Assembly: GCA_963804995.1 (NCBI GenBank) | Contig: CAWDSK010000008.1 | Coordinates: 94,907 to 158,906, forward strand | Length of the DNA: 64,000 nt | Direction of reading: 5' to 3' | Source: an uncultured Acidobacteriota bacterium | Lineage (GTDB): Bacteria > Acidobacteriota > Terriglobia > UBA7540 | Shown here: piece by piece, positions 30,219-40,046 of the stretch | Layout of the letters: every line of letters begins with the position of its first letter | How positions within the stretch are numbered: the stretch's first letter is position 1 | The notes under the pieces: generated by a model | Database searches by the model: none | The model's input: only the letters and a program-made list of their open reading frames with translations | What the model was told of the DNA's origin: nothing | Translations under genes and position numbers: made by a program

Positions 30219-30308
30219 AAGCGTAGGGCAAGCCCTACCCCCACTTTTCACTTTTGACTTTTGCGTTTTGCCTTTTGACTTGCTTTTCTGCCGCCGCCAA
30301 ACTTCGGG
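30219..30308 (+). repeat. 90-bp direct repeat (GTAGGGCAAGCCCTAC hairpin + TTTTGC heptamers), copy 1
   Basis: Near-identical to 31928-32017. Confidence 0.9.
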
Positions 30309-30551
30309 CGCCCTGTGGTTCGTGCCGAATCGCGGATTAACCCCGCCCCATGATCAGTAAACATAAGGCGGGAGCTATTCCCCGAAACCGCTTTGGGCGG
30401 TCTGAACGTGATGGGCCATTTATTCGATTGGGCGACTGCCACCAGTGACCTTGTGGAGAAACAGTGAACTCTTGTAAATGCGCCGCGAGATATCCATAAT
30501 ATGATCTTCCCTTCGATCCAATCCTGGGCTTAACCCTAAACGGAACAAGTC

Positions 30552-31769
30552 ATGGTGACCAATAGCGGTAATCTCGATATCGGGCTCGTCGTGGGCTTTT
30601 TCGGCGGGATCGTAGCGTTTTTCCAAGGCTTCCGCGCCTACAGCAAGTCTCGCCTCCTCCAGGATACGCCAGAGACGCCCATCCGCAGTATTGCCATGGG
30701 CTTTGTGCGCATTCACGGCAAGGCCAAGAGCGACCGGCTCGTCACCAGCCCCGTCACTCACACCCCGTGCTGTTACTATGCGGTGGAGATCCTGAAATGG
30801 GAGATAAGGACGGATAGCCAAACAACTTCTTATGGGGCGGGGGAGGACAGGGGAACGTGGTTGCATTATGGAGCGGCGGCTGACGGCGGCTGGTTCTACC
30901 TCGAAGACGCCACGGGGCGCGTGCTGGTGAATCCTCATGGGGCACAGTATGACCTTGAGATGACCGGGATGCGGGAGGTCGGGGGCGCGACGGCTTCCAG
31001 CTTCGCCACCGGCGGCGTTTCCGAGAATGAGTTGCTCGCCTATGTGGCCCGCGTGGGTCTCAGCCCCATGATACCAGGGGTCCATCCCACCCTCGGAATG
31101 GCAGGGATGGGATTGGCCCTATCCAAGGACGGGAAGCGCCGAACCCCGGATGAGCTGATGCAAGGATTGCTCGGTCCCCAACTGATGCAGAGGCGGGCGC
31201 AGATGCAACAAGCGCAGGAGGACGAAGGGCCACAGTCTGATCCCTGCATTGAGGAGGTCCGGCTCGCCCAGATCGAACTCGGTAAGTATGCTTTCTGGGA
31301 TCCGAAATACGAGGAGCTGAGAAGGCGCATCGTCGAAATGCAGGCGCGTAATAAAGAGCTGGGTCTGTCCAGGACCGTTGCCCTGCCGCAGCCGACCCCG
31401 CTGATTAGCGATGTGGCAACCCCGGTTCCTGATCCGCCGGCTCCCGACCCCCCATTCGCTGGCGACTCCCGATTCTCCTTCGACTCCCCACTCGCTTCCG
31501 GCCGGTATCGCATGATGGAGTGCTGTATCCTGCCTGACCATGAATACGATATCAGCGGGACGTGCGCCGAGAATCATGTAGCCAAGGATGAGAACGACCG
31601 CAACGTGATTAGGAAGGGGGCGAACGAACCCACCTACCTTATTTCTGCCCTGGGCCGCACGGACGTCAACGTCATGCTGCAGAGGGGGTCGCAGTTGTTG
31701 ATATTCGGAGGCGGAATTGTGGCGGTATTTTGCCTGGGACTCCTGCTCCTTCGCTTCGGCATTCTCTGA
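30552..31769 (+). CDS. GIDE-domain-like membrane protein with internal insertion
   Basis: TM, DTP..IRSIAMGFV.IHGKA, SP...PCCYY, FYLEDATGRVLVNP, C-terminal TM. Confidence 0.65.
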   Translation: MVTNSGNLDIGLVVGFFGGIVAFFQGFRAYSKSRLLQDTPETPIRSIAMGFVRIHGKAKSDRLVTSPVTHTPCCYYAVEILKWEIRTDSQTTSYGAGEDRGTWLHYGAAADGGWFYLEDATGRVLVNPHGAQYDLEMTGMREVGGATASSFATGGVSENELLAYVARVGLSPMIPGVHPTLGMAGMGLALSKDGKRRTPDELMQGLLGPQLMQRRAQMQQAQEDEGPQSDPCIEEVRLAQIELGKYAFWDPKYEELRRRIVEMQARNKELGLSRTVALPQPTPLISDVATPVPDPPAPDPPFAGDSRFSFDSPLASGRYRMMECCILPDHEYDISGTCAENHVAKDENDRNVIRKGANEPTYLISALGRTDVNVMLQRGSQLLIFGGGIVAVFCLGLLLLRFGIL

Positions 31770-31927
31770 CCAAACAATGGCTCTCCCACCCAAGGCTTGA
31801 CTCGTTATCAGTATCTTGGCGCGGAGGAGGTCGGGCAGGGTACAGGCGCTACGGAAAGGCGCAGCCTTTGTCGCCGCGGCGACCGGAGCCGCAGGTTGCT
31901 ACTCGCCCATATGAGCGTAATTTGGAC

Positions 31928-32017
31928 AAGCGTAGGGCAAGCCCTACCCCTACTTTTCACTTTTGCCTTTTGCATTTTGCCTTTTGACTTGCTTTTCTGC
32001 CGCCGCCGAGCTTCGGG
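31928..32017 (+). repeat. 90-bp direct repeat, copy 2
   Basis: Near-identical to 30219-30308. Confidence 0.9.
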
Positions 32018-32107
32018 ACTTCCAGAATTCTTACTAATTTACGGCGTCGAACACGCGGGCAAGCCCCAGACGTGCGGTTCACCTTGACAACCTCTGGGGC
32101 CTCCCCT

Positions 32108-32461
32108 ATGATGACAGTGAGGTTGACCTTGTTTAGCGGCGGCTTATTCGAAATTGGTGGATTGCTGTTCATCGCCTTCCTGCTTTTCGGACCCAAGAAG
32201 GTCCCGGAAATCGCTCGCACCTTGGGCAAAGGTTTGGGGGAGTTGCGCCGCGCGTCAAATGAACTAAAGAATTCACTGGAAGAGGAAATAAAGAATTTAG
32301 ACCGCTACCAGGACACCACGAGCGCGTCCCAATCGTATCGGGAAGAGGAAACCAAGAATTCGGACCGCTATGAGGCTACCCCTAGCGTGTCCGAACCAAC
32401 TCCCACGTATGGCCACAACGATTCAGAACCCACCCCCGAAGAGCCCGGACCCCGATCCTGA
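32108..32461 (+). CDS. tatA: Twin-arginine translocase TatA/TatB subunit
   Basis: LLFGPKKVPEIARTLGKGLGELRRA. Confidence 0.85.
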   Translation: MMTVRLTLFSGGLFEIGGLLFIAFLLFGPKKVPEIARTLGKGLGELRRASNELKNSLEEEIKNLDRYQDTTSASQSYREEETKNSDRYEATPSVSEPTPTYGHNDSEPTPEEPGPRS

Positions 32462-33224
32462 AGAGCAGCTCGCCGGCAAGCAGATGTCGTTCCTCGAGGA
32501 TCTCGAGGAACTCCGGGTCAGGCTGCTTCACAGCATCTACTCCATAATCGTCACCACGGGTATCTGCTTTTATTTTCGCAATGAAATATACGCCTACATG
32601 GCGAAGCCGCTGACGGATACGCTCAGCCTGCTGCATTTGCCTCCCAAGCTGGTTTACACCAACCCCGTCGATCCCTTCAACCTGTACATCAAACTATCGA
32701 TCATGGGGGGGATTTTTCTCGCTTCGCCCTACATCTTATTGCAGCTCTGGATGTTTATCTCGCCCGGACTTTACCGCAACGAAAAGAAATACATTTGGCC
32801 CTTTGTCCTGCTGACCAGCAGCCTGTTCATGTCCGGTGGCTTCTTCGCTTACAAGCTGGCTTTGCCCAAGGCGTTTCTTTTCCTCTTGGAGTTTGCCTCG
32901 CAATTCCAGCCCATGGTGACTGTCAACGAATACTGGGACCTGGCAATTTCCATCGTGGTCGCCGTGGGCATTGTCTTTGAGTTGCCCGTGGTGATTCTGC
33001 TGCTCTCCATCTTTGGCATTGTCACGCCCAAGTTCCTCATAAAGAACTTTCGCTATGCGGTCCTGTTGACGGCGGTCATCGCCGCTGCCGTGGTTCCGAC
33101 CAACGATATGGCTACCATCTTCGTGGTTTGGATTCCGCTGCTGGGCCTTTACGTCTTGAGCATCGGACTTTCCTGGCTCGTTTACCTGAAGAAAAACCGA
33201 AAGTCGAAAAATGCCGAAGCCTAA
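32409..33224 (+). CDS. tatC: Twin-arginine translocase TatC
   Basis: LEELRVRL, QLWMFISPGLYRNEK, FELP. Confidence 0.95.
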   Translation: MATTIQNPPPKSPDPDPEEQLAGKQMSFLEDLEELRVRLLHSIYSIIVTTGICFYFRNEIYAYMAKPLTDTLSLLHLPPKLVYTNPVDPFNLYIKLSIMGGIFLASPYILLQLWMFISPGLYRNEKKYIWPFVLLTSSLFMSGGFFAYKLALPKAFLFLLEFASQFQPMVTVNEYWDLAISIVVAVGIVFELPVVILLLSIFGIVTPKFLIKNFRYAVLLTAVIAAAVVPTNDMATIFVVWIPLLGLYVLSIGLSWLVYLKKNRKSKNAEA

Positions 33225-34143
33225 GCGTCCAAGAAACTGCGCCCGGCTTTGGGTCTGCAGCCTTCTGCTCGTCCTGCTTGTTCCGCAGGTGCTTCGAGCC
33301 GCGGGACCGGCGGAAACCTTTGACGGCGGGCGCGCCTTTGCGGATTTGAAGCAACTGGTGAGTTACGGGCCACGTCCCGCAGGTTCAGCCGCTCTCGCTG
33401 AATCGCGGCGCTGGATGATCCAGCAGCTCAAACAGACGGGCGCACAAATCGAAGAAGATACTTTTACGGCCTCAACCCCCGCCGGCAACCTGCCCATGAC
33501 CAACATCATCGCCAAGTTCCCGGGCGCGCAATCCAAGGTGGTGATGGTGACGGGCCACTACGACACCAAGCTCTTTCGAGACTTTCGTTTTGTGGGCGCT
33601 AACGACGGTGGCTCAAGCGCCGCGCTGCTTCTGGAACTGGCGCGCGAATTGCAAGGGCGCAAGCATGCCTTGACCTACTGGCTGGTTTTCTTTGACGGGG
33701 AGGAAGCCGTGCGGGAATGGACCGCCACGGACAGCGTTTACGGCAGCCGCCACCTGGTCCAGAAGCTCAGTTCGAGCGGCGACCTGGGGCGCATCCAGGC
33801 GATGATCCTGGTGGATATGATCGGTGATGCCAACCTGGACATCCAGCGCGATGCGGAATCCACGCCTTGGCTGACGGAGTTGGTCTTCACCGCCGCCCAC
33901 CGCCTCGGATATAAGAAGGAATTTCTGGATTCCCAGGGCGCGGCCAGCGATGACCATATTCCCTTTGTGAACGCCGGGGTGGCCGCAGTGGACCTGATTG
34001 ATTTTGACTACGGCCCGAACAATAGCTACTGGCACACGGAGAAGGATACGGTCGATCATTGCAGCCCCCTCAGTTTGACGATTGTTGGCCGTGTGGTTCT
34101 TGCCGCTCTCGATGACCTGGAGAAGTCACCGCACGTGAAGTAG
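33211..34143 (+). CDS. M28 family peptidase / glutaminyl cyclase-like, exported
   Basis: GHYDT, GANDGGS, FFDGEE, DMIG, DDHIPF, YWHT. Confidence 0.9.
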   Translation: MPKPKRPRNCARLWVCSLLLVLLVPQVLRAAGPAETFDGGRAFADLKQLVSYGPRPAGSAALAESRRWMIQQLKQTGAQIEEDTFTASTPAGNLPMTNIIAKFPGAQSKVVMVTGHYDTKLFRDFRFVGANDGGSSAALLLELARELQGRKHALTYWLVFFDGEEAVREWTATDSVYGSRHLVQKLSSSGDLGRIQAMILVDMIGDANLDIQRDAESTPWLTELVFTAAHRLGYKKEFLDSQGAASDDHIPFVNAGVAAVDLIDFDYGPNNSYWHTEKDTVDHCSPLSLTIVGRVVLAALDDLEKSPHVK

Positions 34144-34249
34144 AATCTCCCCTGCATTGATTTGAAATTATAACCCTCGGTCGCCGCGGCTGAATGTCCG
34201 CCCACCTTAATGGTGGACGACAGAGGGGGGAGTTAATTTTAGTTTATAG

Positions 34250-34322
34250 CCCTCGCCCCTTTGGGGGAGAGGGTGGACCGCAACCGGCGCTTTCTCCAGC
34301 CGGGGCGGGCCGGGTGAGGGGG
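34250..34322 (+). repeat. About 70-bp REP-like element CCCTC(T/G)CC..GGGAGAGGGTGGACCGC...GGGTGAGGGG; further copies at 34549-34617, 40932-40999, 49562-49634, 50847-50914 (inverted), 51087-51154, 53416-53488
   Basis: Seven intergenic copies aligned by eye; each folds into two hairpins. Confidence 0.9.
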
Positions 34323-34343
34323 TTACCCAATTCAGCAGGAAGC

Positions 34344-34374
34344 GTAGCGCGGACCTCCGTTGTTGAGGTCCGCG
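34344..34374 (+). repeat. GTAG-REP (GTAGCGCGGACC...GGTCCGCG); second copy at 63872-63902
   Basis: GTAG tetranucleotide followed by a GC-rich hairpin, two copies. Confidence 0.7.
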
Positions 34375-34782
34375 GTCCTTCCTGTGCAATTTGATCGAAT
34401 GTGTCATGGCGAAGAAGCCGGCGGCTGGCGCAGAACGAGCCCAGTTCTGCGATTTAGTGGGTAGCGTAGAGTCTGTGCTTTTCAGATCCGCGGCTCCATC
34501 GCGCAGCACAGCTTGCTCAACCTCGCGGGATAGAAATTGAAATCATAGCCCTCTCCGAGGGGAGAGGGTGGACCGCCGCCGGCGTTTTCATCGGCCGGGG
34601 CGGGACGGGTGAGGGGGTACTTCACCCTCGATGAGCGGACCTCCACCAACTCCGGAACGGGCTGCGCCTTTTCTAGTTAGGTTGCGGCTCCGGCGTGCTG
34701 CGCTACCTCCTCTCTACCCAGGGGACGAGGGAAAAAGAATCCTTGATCTTCGTGTTCTATTCATGTTGCAAACTGATCGAGC

Positions 34783-35700
34783 ATGAACAGCCTTTGGCCA
34801 TGGATCATCTTCATTGTTTTCGTGCTGGCGCTCCTGGCGCTGGACCTGGGAGTCTTCAACCGGCGCCCGCACCTCATCACCGCCCGTGAGGCCGGCTTAT
34901 GGAGCGTCTTCTGGGTGGCTCTTTCGCTTGTCTTCAACGCAGGAATTTATTTCTGGCGTGGCCCCGAAGCAGGCTTGGAATTCTTCACCAGTTATCTTCT
35001 GGAGAAATCCCTCTCCGCCGATAACATTTTTCTTTTTGCCGTGATTTTCGGCAGCCTGGGCGTGCGGGCGGAGTATCAGCACCGGGTCCTGTTCTGGGGC
35101 GTGCTGGGTGCACTCATTACGCGCGGGGCCTTCATTCTTGGCGGCGCCCAACTGGTCGGGCATTTCCACTGGGTTCTTTATCTGTTTGCACTCTTCATTC
35201 TCTTTACAGGTATGCGTTTAATTGTTGAGAAAGAGAAGCCCTATGATCCCACCCGCAGTGGGGCGCTGCGGCTCGCGCAGAAGTTGTTCCCCCTTGCCGA
35301 GCCAGCCGAAGCCGGCCGGTTCTTTACGCGCTCGGGCGGCCAATGGTGCGCGACCCCGCTGCTCCTGGCACTGCTCATGATCGAAGTTGTGGATGTGACT
35401 TTTGCCATCGATTCGGTTCCCGCCATCTTCGCGGTCACGCAGGACGCTTTCATTATCTTCACCTCCAACATCTTCGCGATCCTGGGCCTGCGCTCCCTCT
35501 ACTTTCTGCTGGCGCGCGCCATGGCTCGATTCCGTTATCTGCGCGTCGGGCTGTCCATGATCCTGATCTTCGTTGGGGGCAAGATGCTTCTGGCATATTG
35601 GGTGCACATCCCCACCGGGATTGCCTTGCTGGGGATTGTGGGTATCTTGGGAAGCGTGGTTCTGGCGTCCCTCCTGGCGGAGGGAAAGGTCCGAAATTAA
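34783..35700 (+). CDS. terC: TerC/Alx family membrane protein
   Basis: EKSLSADNIF, QHRVLFWGVLGA, FAIDSVPA, TSNIFAILGLRSLYF. Confidence 0.93.
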   Translation: MNSLWPWIIFIVFVLALLALDLGVFNRRPHLITAREAGLWSVFWVALSLVFNAGIYFWRGPEAGLEFFTSYLLEKSLSADNIFLFAVIFGSLGVRAEYQHRVLFWGVLGALITRGAFILGGAQLVGHFHWVLYLFALFILFTGMRLIVEKEKPYDPTRSGALRLAQKLFPLAEPAEAGRFFTRSGGQWCATPLLLALLMIEVVDVTFAIDSVPAIFAVTQDAFIIFTSNIFAILGLRSLYFLLARAMARFRYLRVGLSMILIFVGGKMLLAYWVHIPTGIALLGIVGILGSVVLASLLAEGKVRN

Positions 35701-35746
35701 TTTGCCTCGGAATCGCGTGCTGTCCCACTCGATTTTTGTCGGCCCG

Positions 35747-35856
35747 CGACATTTTGTAAAGAAGTGGGACTGTCCCACTTGTTGCTTTCCGCGCGGCATA
35801 GCACGCGAGGTCCCACTTACTTTCCCACCTTCATGCGTTTTTTTCCCCCTGACTTT
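35747..35856 (+). repeat. About 105-bp dispersed repeat (copy 2 of 12686-12793)
   Basis: Shared GTGGGAC..GTCCCAC..GTTGCT.TCCGCG.GGCATAGC..GCGAGGTCCCACTTA. Confidence 0.75.
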
Positions 35857-35878
35857 GCATATTCGGCGCGACCGGGTG

Positions 35879-37483
35879 TCACTCGAAAAAGACGGGGGCA
35901 TTATTCGACGTATAGGAGTGCTGGGCAGGCTTGGTCTCGTTCTTCAAGGGAAAGTCCGAGCGGTAATGCGCCCCGCGGCTTTCCTCGCGTGCCAAGGCGG
36001 AGCGCGATATCAGTTGAGCGACGGCCAGAATGTTGGCGGCTTCGCAGGCGGGGCGAGAGGGCGGGTGCGGTTGTGACAGTTGGATTTCTTCCAGGCGTTT
36101 GACTGCTTCCAAAAGCTGCTTACCGTTTCGGATGATTCCCACCTTGTCCCAAAGGATGGCGCGCGTTTCCTCCACCGCCTTCTCGAAATCCATCGCCGGA
36201 ACTGACGCGAAAGGGTGTGCAGGTGATTTGGTCTGCGCCGCAATTCCCTCGGGCATCTTCTTAGGAGAAGGAAACTGTTTGGGCGAGTAGTTGTTGAGCA
36301 TGGCCTCGGCCGCCAGCGCGCCGAATACCAATCCTTCCAGCAGGGAATTGCTCGCCAGTCGATTGGCGCCATGCACGCCGGTTGACGCCACTTCTCCCGC
36401 GGCGAAGAGTCCAGGCAGCGAAGTTGCGCCGCGCAGGTCGGTGGTCACCCCTCCCATGGCATAGTGGGCCGCCGGGCGAATCGGAATGAAGTCCGCGGTG
36501 ATGTCGATGTTGTACTTCAGGCAGGTCGCGTAAATGCGCGGAAAGCGCTTCGCAACGTGGTCAGCATCCAAAGCGGTAAGGTCAAGATAAACACAATCGC
36601 CGCGGGTCTTCTGCATCTCCATGATGATGGCGCGCGCCACTACGTCACGCGGAGCAAGTTCCGCGGCTTCGTGGTAGTGGGGCATGAAGCGTTCCAGCAG
36701 AATGTTGCGCAGATGGCCGCCCTCACCTCGCAGGGCTTCCGACAGCAGAAAGCGCGGCGCCTCTTTGACGTACAACGCCGTGGGGTGAAACTGCACAAAC
36801 TCCATGTCGCTCACCAGAGCCCCGGCGCGATAGGCCATGGCCACGCCGTCGCCACAGGCTACCGAAGGGTTGGTGGTTTCTTTGTATACGTGGCCCAGTC
36901 CGCCGGTGGCCAGCAACACAGCGCGGGCCGGAGTGTATTTCAGCGTGGAGCCTTTTTCCTCCAGGTAAGTGACCCCCGTAACGGCTCCATCTTCAACCTG
37001 CAAATCCGTGGCGAAGGTGTGTGGAAGCAAGTGGATCGAGGGCAGCGACTTGGCTTTCGCCATCAAGGTGCGCAGGATTTCGCTGCCGGTTGAGTCTCCA
37101 TGGGCATGGAGGACGCGTGAACGGCTGTGCGCGCCCTCACGGGTGAAAGCGAGTTTGGTCCCTTTGCGGTCAAAGTGCATGCCCCATTCGATGAGCTTGT
37201 GAATCTGTTCTGGCCCTTCCTCCACCAGGATACGCACGGCTTCTTCGTGGCACAGCCCGTCGCCTGCGCGCAGGGTGTCGTGCAGGTGCAAGGTAACTTC
37301 ATCGTCTTCGCTAAGGGCGGCAGCTATTCCGCCCTGCGCGTACTCGGTGCTGGATTCGTACAGGTCGTCTTTGGTGAGAACCAGGACGCGGCCACCGCGC
37401 GCCAGCTCGATTGCCGCTCGCATCCCGGCGATTCCACCGCCGAGGACAATGAAGTCTACTTTGGAATCCTTGCGTGTCATCAT
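35879..37483 (-). CDS. nadB: L-aspartate oxidase
   Basis: GGGIAG, AQGGIAA, EFVQFHPT, SEALRGEG, GVHGANRLASNSLLEG, ESRGAHYRSD. Confidence 0.93.
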   Translation of the reverse strand: MMTRKDSKVDFIVLGGGIAGMRAAIELARGGRVLVLTKDDLYESSTEYAQGGIAAALSEDDEVTLHLHDTLRAGDGLCHEEAVRILVEEGPEQIHKLIEWGMHFDRKGTKLAFTREGAHSRSRVLHAHGDSTGSEILRTLMAKAKSLPSIHLLPHTFATDLQVEDGAVTGVTYLEEKGSTLKYTPARAVLLATGGLGHVYKETTNPSVACGDGVAMAYRAGALVSDMEFVQFHPTALYVKEAPRFLLSEALRGEGGHLRNILLERFMPHYHEAAELAPRDVVARAIIMEMQKTRGDCVYLDLTALDADHVAKRFPRIYATCLKYNIDITADFIPIRPAAHYAMGGVTTDLRGATSLPGLFAAGEVASTGVHGANRLASNSLLEGLVFGALAAEAMLNNYSPKQFPSPKKMPEGIAAQTKSPAHPFASVPAMDFEKAVEETRAILWDKVGIIRNGKQLLEAVKRLEEIQLSQPHPPSRPACEAANILAVAQLISRSALAREESRGAHYRSDFPLKNETKPAQHSYTSNNAPVFFE

Positions 37484-37630
37484 GGCCACCCCCATCATAG
37501 CTTTCGGGACGCGGCTCCGCAAGATTGAGGCGGTGACACCGCGTTCTTCCTGTTTCTCAGGTTGCCGCCCTTCCGGGTGCGTGGTATGAGTAAGAGAGGA
37601 GTTCCAATTTCGCATCTCATACGGGGAGTC

Positions 37631-38712
37631 ATGAAACGACTGCGAGTGAAATCGAGTGCCGGTGAATATGACGTTATTGTGGGGCGCGGAGCGTGGCGTT
37701 CACTCCGTCGCTTGCAAGGCAATACATCTGTGTTCGTGCTCACGGAGCCGGGTTTGTGGGAGCGTTGGGGCAGGAGGTTCGCGCGCGACATCCATCAGGG
37801 TTCAGTGCGCCCCATTTACGTTCCCTCCGGCGAACGCTCGAAGAGCCTGACGATGGCCGGACACGTGGCCTCTGAGTTATTGGAACGGGGTGCGGATCGC
37901 CGCTCACTCTTAATAGCTTTCGGCGGTGGGGTCATTGGTGACCTGGGTGGGTTCGTGGCTTCCACCTACATGCGTGGGATTGATTATGTTCAGGCCCCCA
38001 CCACTGTGCTGGCACAAGTGGACAGTTCTATCGGCGGGAAAACTGCCGTGAACGTACGCGCCATGAAAAACCTGGTGGGGACCTTCGCCCCGCCGCGCTT
38101 CGTGGTCTCAGAACCTGCTGTGCTTGCCTCCCTCACCTTTCGCGCATTTAATTCAGGCTTATATGAGGTTGTCAAGCATGCGATCCTGGCCGGGCCCGCC
38201 TTCTTTTGTTTCCTGGAATCGAACGTGGCGTCACTCGACCCGCGTCGCACGAGCGCTCTCGAGTCGGTTGTGGCGCGCGCTGCCGCGGTGAAGGTCGACG
38301 TGGTGAGCCGTGATGAACGTGAAGCAGGACTCCGCCGGGTTCTCAACCTGGGCCACACCTACGGACACGCGCTGGAGGAAGTCACAGGGTATCGGCGGTT
38401 TTTGCATGGCGAGGCGGTGGCCTGGGGGCTGCTCCTCGTGGCTCGATTGGCCCAGCTCGTCGGGGTTCTTGATGCGGCCGAGGGGAAACGCCTGACGGGT
38501 TTGGTGCGTCAAGTGGGCCCGCTACCATCCCTTCGCGACCTCAAAGCCCAGAAGGTTCTGCGGCTTCTCCCGCGCGATAAGAAAGCCGTGGGGGGAGGAT
38601 CAACTGGGTTTTGCCGGAGCGTATTGGCAAAATAAAGATCACCCCGGATGTTCCCGAGTCGGCGGTGGCGGCTGCTTTCCACGACGTGCAGCGGGGAGTG
38701 TGGGATGAGTGA
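37631..38712 (+). CDS. aroB: 3-dehydroquinate synthase (frameshift in G-run near 38590)
   Basis: GGGVIGDLGGF, DSSIGGKT, LNLGHTYGH, HGEAV, DKK; shifted frame gives RINWVLPERIG...VWDE*. Confidence 0.92.
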
Positions 38713-39463
38713 GCCCGCGCGCGCGCCGGGGCAGGGAACTCCAATCTCTTCGGCCGGTGATGAGACCTCTGCCGGTGCGGCCGTGCGCAACATGTTTGCT
38801 GCCGTCGCGCCCCGCTACGATTTCCTGAACCATTTTCTTTCCATGGGGTGTGACATCAGGTGGCGCCGGGCTACCGCGCGCGCCTTAAGGGAGATCCTCA
38901 ATCAACCAGGTTCGTGCGTGGCGGACCTTTGCTGCGGGACAGGTGATTTAAGCATTCAACTGGCCCGGCAATCAGCGGGCCTGGTGCTGGGCGCAGATTT
39001 TTGCCATCCCATGCTGACCCTTGCGCAGCGCAAGGCAGCGGTATGCGGTGGCCACGTTCACTTTCTCGAGTCTGACGCGCTGAACCTGCCCTTCAGCAAT
39101 AGTTCGCTCGACGCCGTCACGGTAGCATTCGGCTTTCGGAATCTGGCCAATTACGACCGCGGCCTCGAGGAGATGTGGCGTGTCTTGAAAAGGGGAGGGC
39201 GCCTCGCCATCCTGGAGTTTTCCCGAGTTCGATGGCCGGTGTTTGGCCCGCTGTTTCGATTCTATTTTCGCCGCGTACTGCCGCGCGTCGGCACCTGGAT
39301 TTCAGGGGTTGAGGGACCCTACCGGTATTTGCCGGATTCCGTGAGGTTGTTTCCTGACCAGGAGACCCTGGCTGAGAAAATGCGTGCGGTGGGGTTTACC
39401 AACGTGGGTTATTCAAACTTCACAGGGGGCGTGGCCGCTCTGCATCTGGGTGAGAAAGCCTAG
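38705..39463 (+). CDS. ubiE: Ubiquinone/menaquinone C-methyltransferase
   Basis: YDFLNH, DLCCGTGD, AFGFRN, ILEFS, YRYLPDSV. Confidence 0.92.
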   Translation: MSEPARAPGQGTPISSAGDETSAGAAVRNMFAAVAPRYDFLNHFLSMGCDIRWRRATARALREILNQPGSCVADLCCGTGDLSIQLARQSAGLVLGADFCHPMLTLAQRKAAVCGGHVHFLESDALNLPFSNSSLDAVTVAFGFRNLANYDRGLEEMWRVLKRGGRLAILEFSRVRWPVFGPLFRFYFRRVLPRVGTWISGVEGPYRYLPDSVRLFPDQETLAEKMRAVGFTNVGYSNFTGGVAALHLGEKA

Positions 39464-40035
39464 CCCGCCTTGCTCCATTCCTCGGGAGCACCGCTGTCTT
39501 TGAACTCCTGTTCAAGATCATCCATGACCTTCTGGGCTTTTTCCGTGGCGGCGCGTTTGTCATCAGCTTCCGACTGCTTGGCTTGCACCTTACTGTCGAG
39601 CCCTTGCTTGTTATTGGGGTCAAGTTCGCGCGCTTGCTGAATCTGGAGCAGATTGAGTTCATCTTCAGAAAGCTGTTGTTCCTCTTTGGCTCGGGCTCGG
39701 GCTTGGCGCGCGGCTGTGAATTTTGCCTGCCAGTAGTCACGGTTCTTGCCCTTGCTATCTGGCGACTCCGGTTCCGGGTTGGTTTTTGCCGGGGGCTCGG
39801 CAGAAGGCGGTTTGGTGGGATTTGCCTTTTCAGCGCTGGCGGGAGTCTCGGCTATTCCCGTGGCCCGGGGCAGGTCGTCGTTGGTAACAACCCGAACGGG
39901 TTTCTTGGCCTCTTTCTCTTTTTGGGCGCGGAGTTGCCGTGCCAAATCCCCCAAGGATTCCTGCTGGGGTTTGGCGAGAGGGGGCAGGGCCATAGATAGC
40001 CCCAGAACGATCAAGAGCATTGACGTCTTATGCAT
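39460..40035 (-). CDS. Exported coiled-coil hypothetical protein (paralog A)
   Basis: Signal peptide, SLGDLARQLRAQK..KPVRVVTNDD, Pro-rich linker, coiled coil. Confidence 0.7.
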   Translation of the reverse strand: MHKTSMLLIVLGLSMALPPLAKPQQESLGDLARQLRAQKEKEAKKPVRVVTNDDLPRATGIAETPASAEKANPTKPPSAEPPAKTNPEPESPDSKGKNRDYWQAKFTAARQARARAKEEQQLSEDELNLLQIQQARELDPNNKQGLDSKVQAKQSEADDKRAATEKAQKVMDDLEQEFKDSGAPEEWSKAG

Positions 40036-40046
40036 GTGTTCCTCGC

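Noticed and set aside
33211..33310. M28 peptidase as a dedicated Tat substrate because it overlaps tatC
   Set aside because: Signal peptide has KRPR, not a clear S/T-R-R-x-F-L motif
34620..34782. yybP-ykoY manganese riboswitch upstream of terC
   Set aside because: Expected by gene context, but the GGGGAGTAG-type core is not visible
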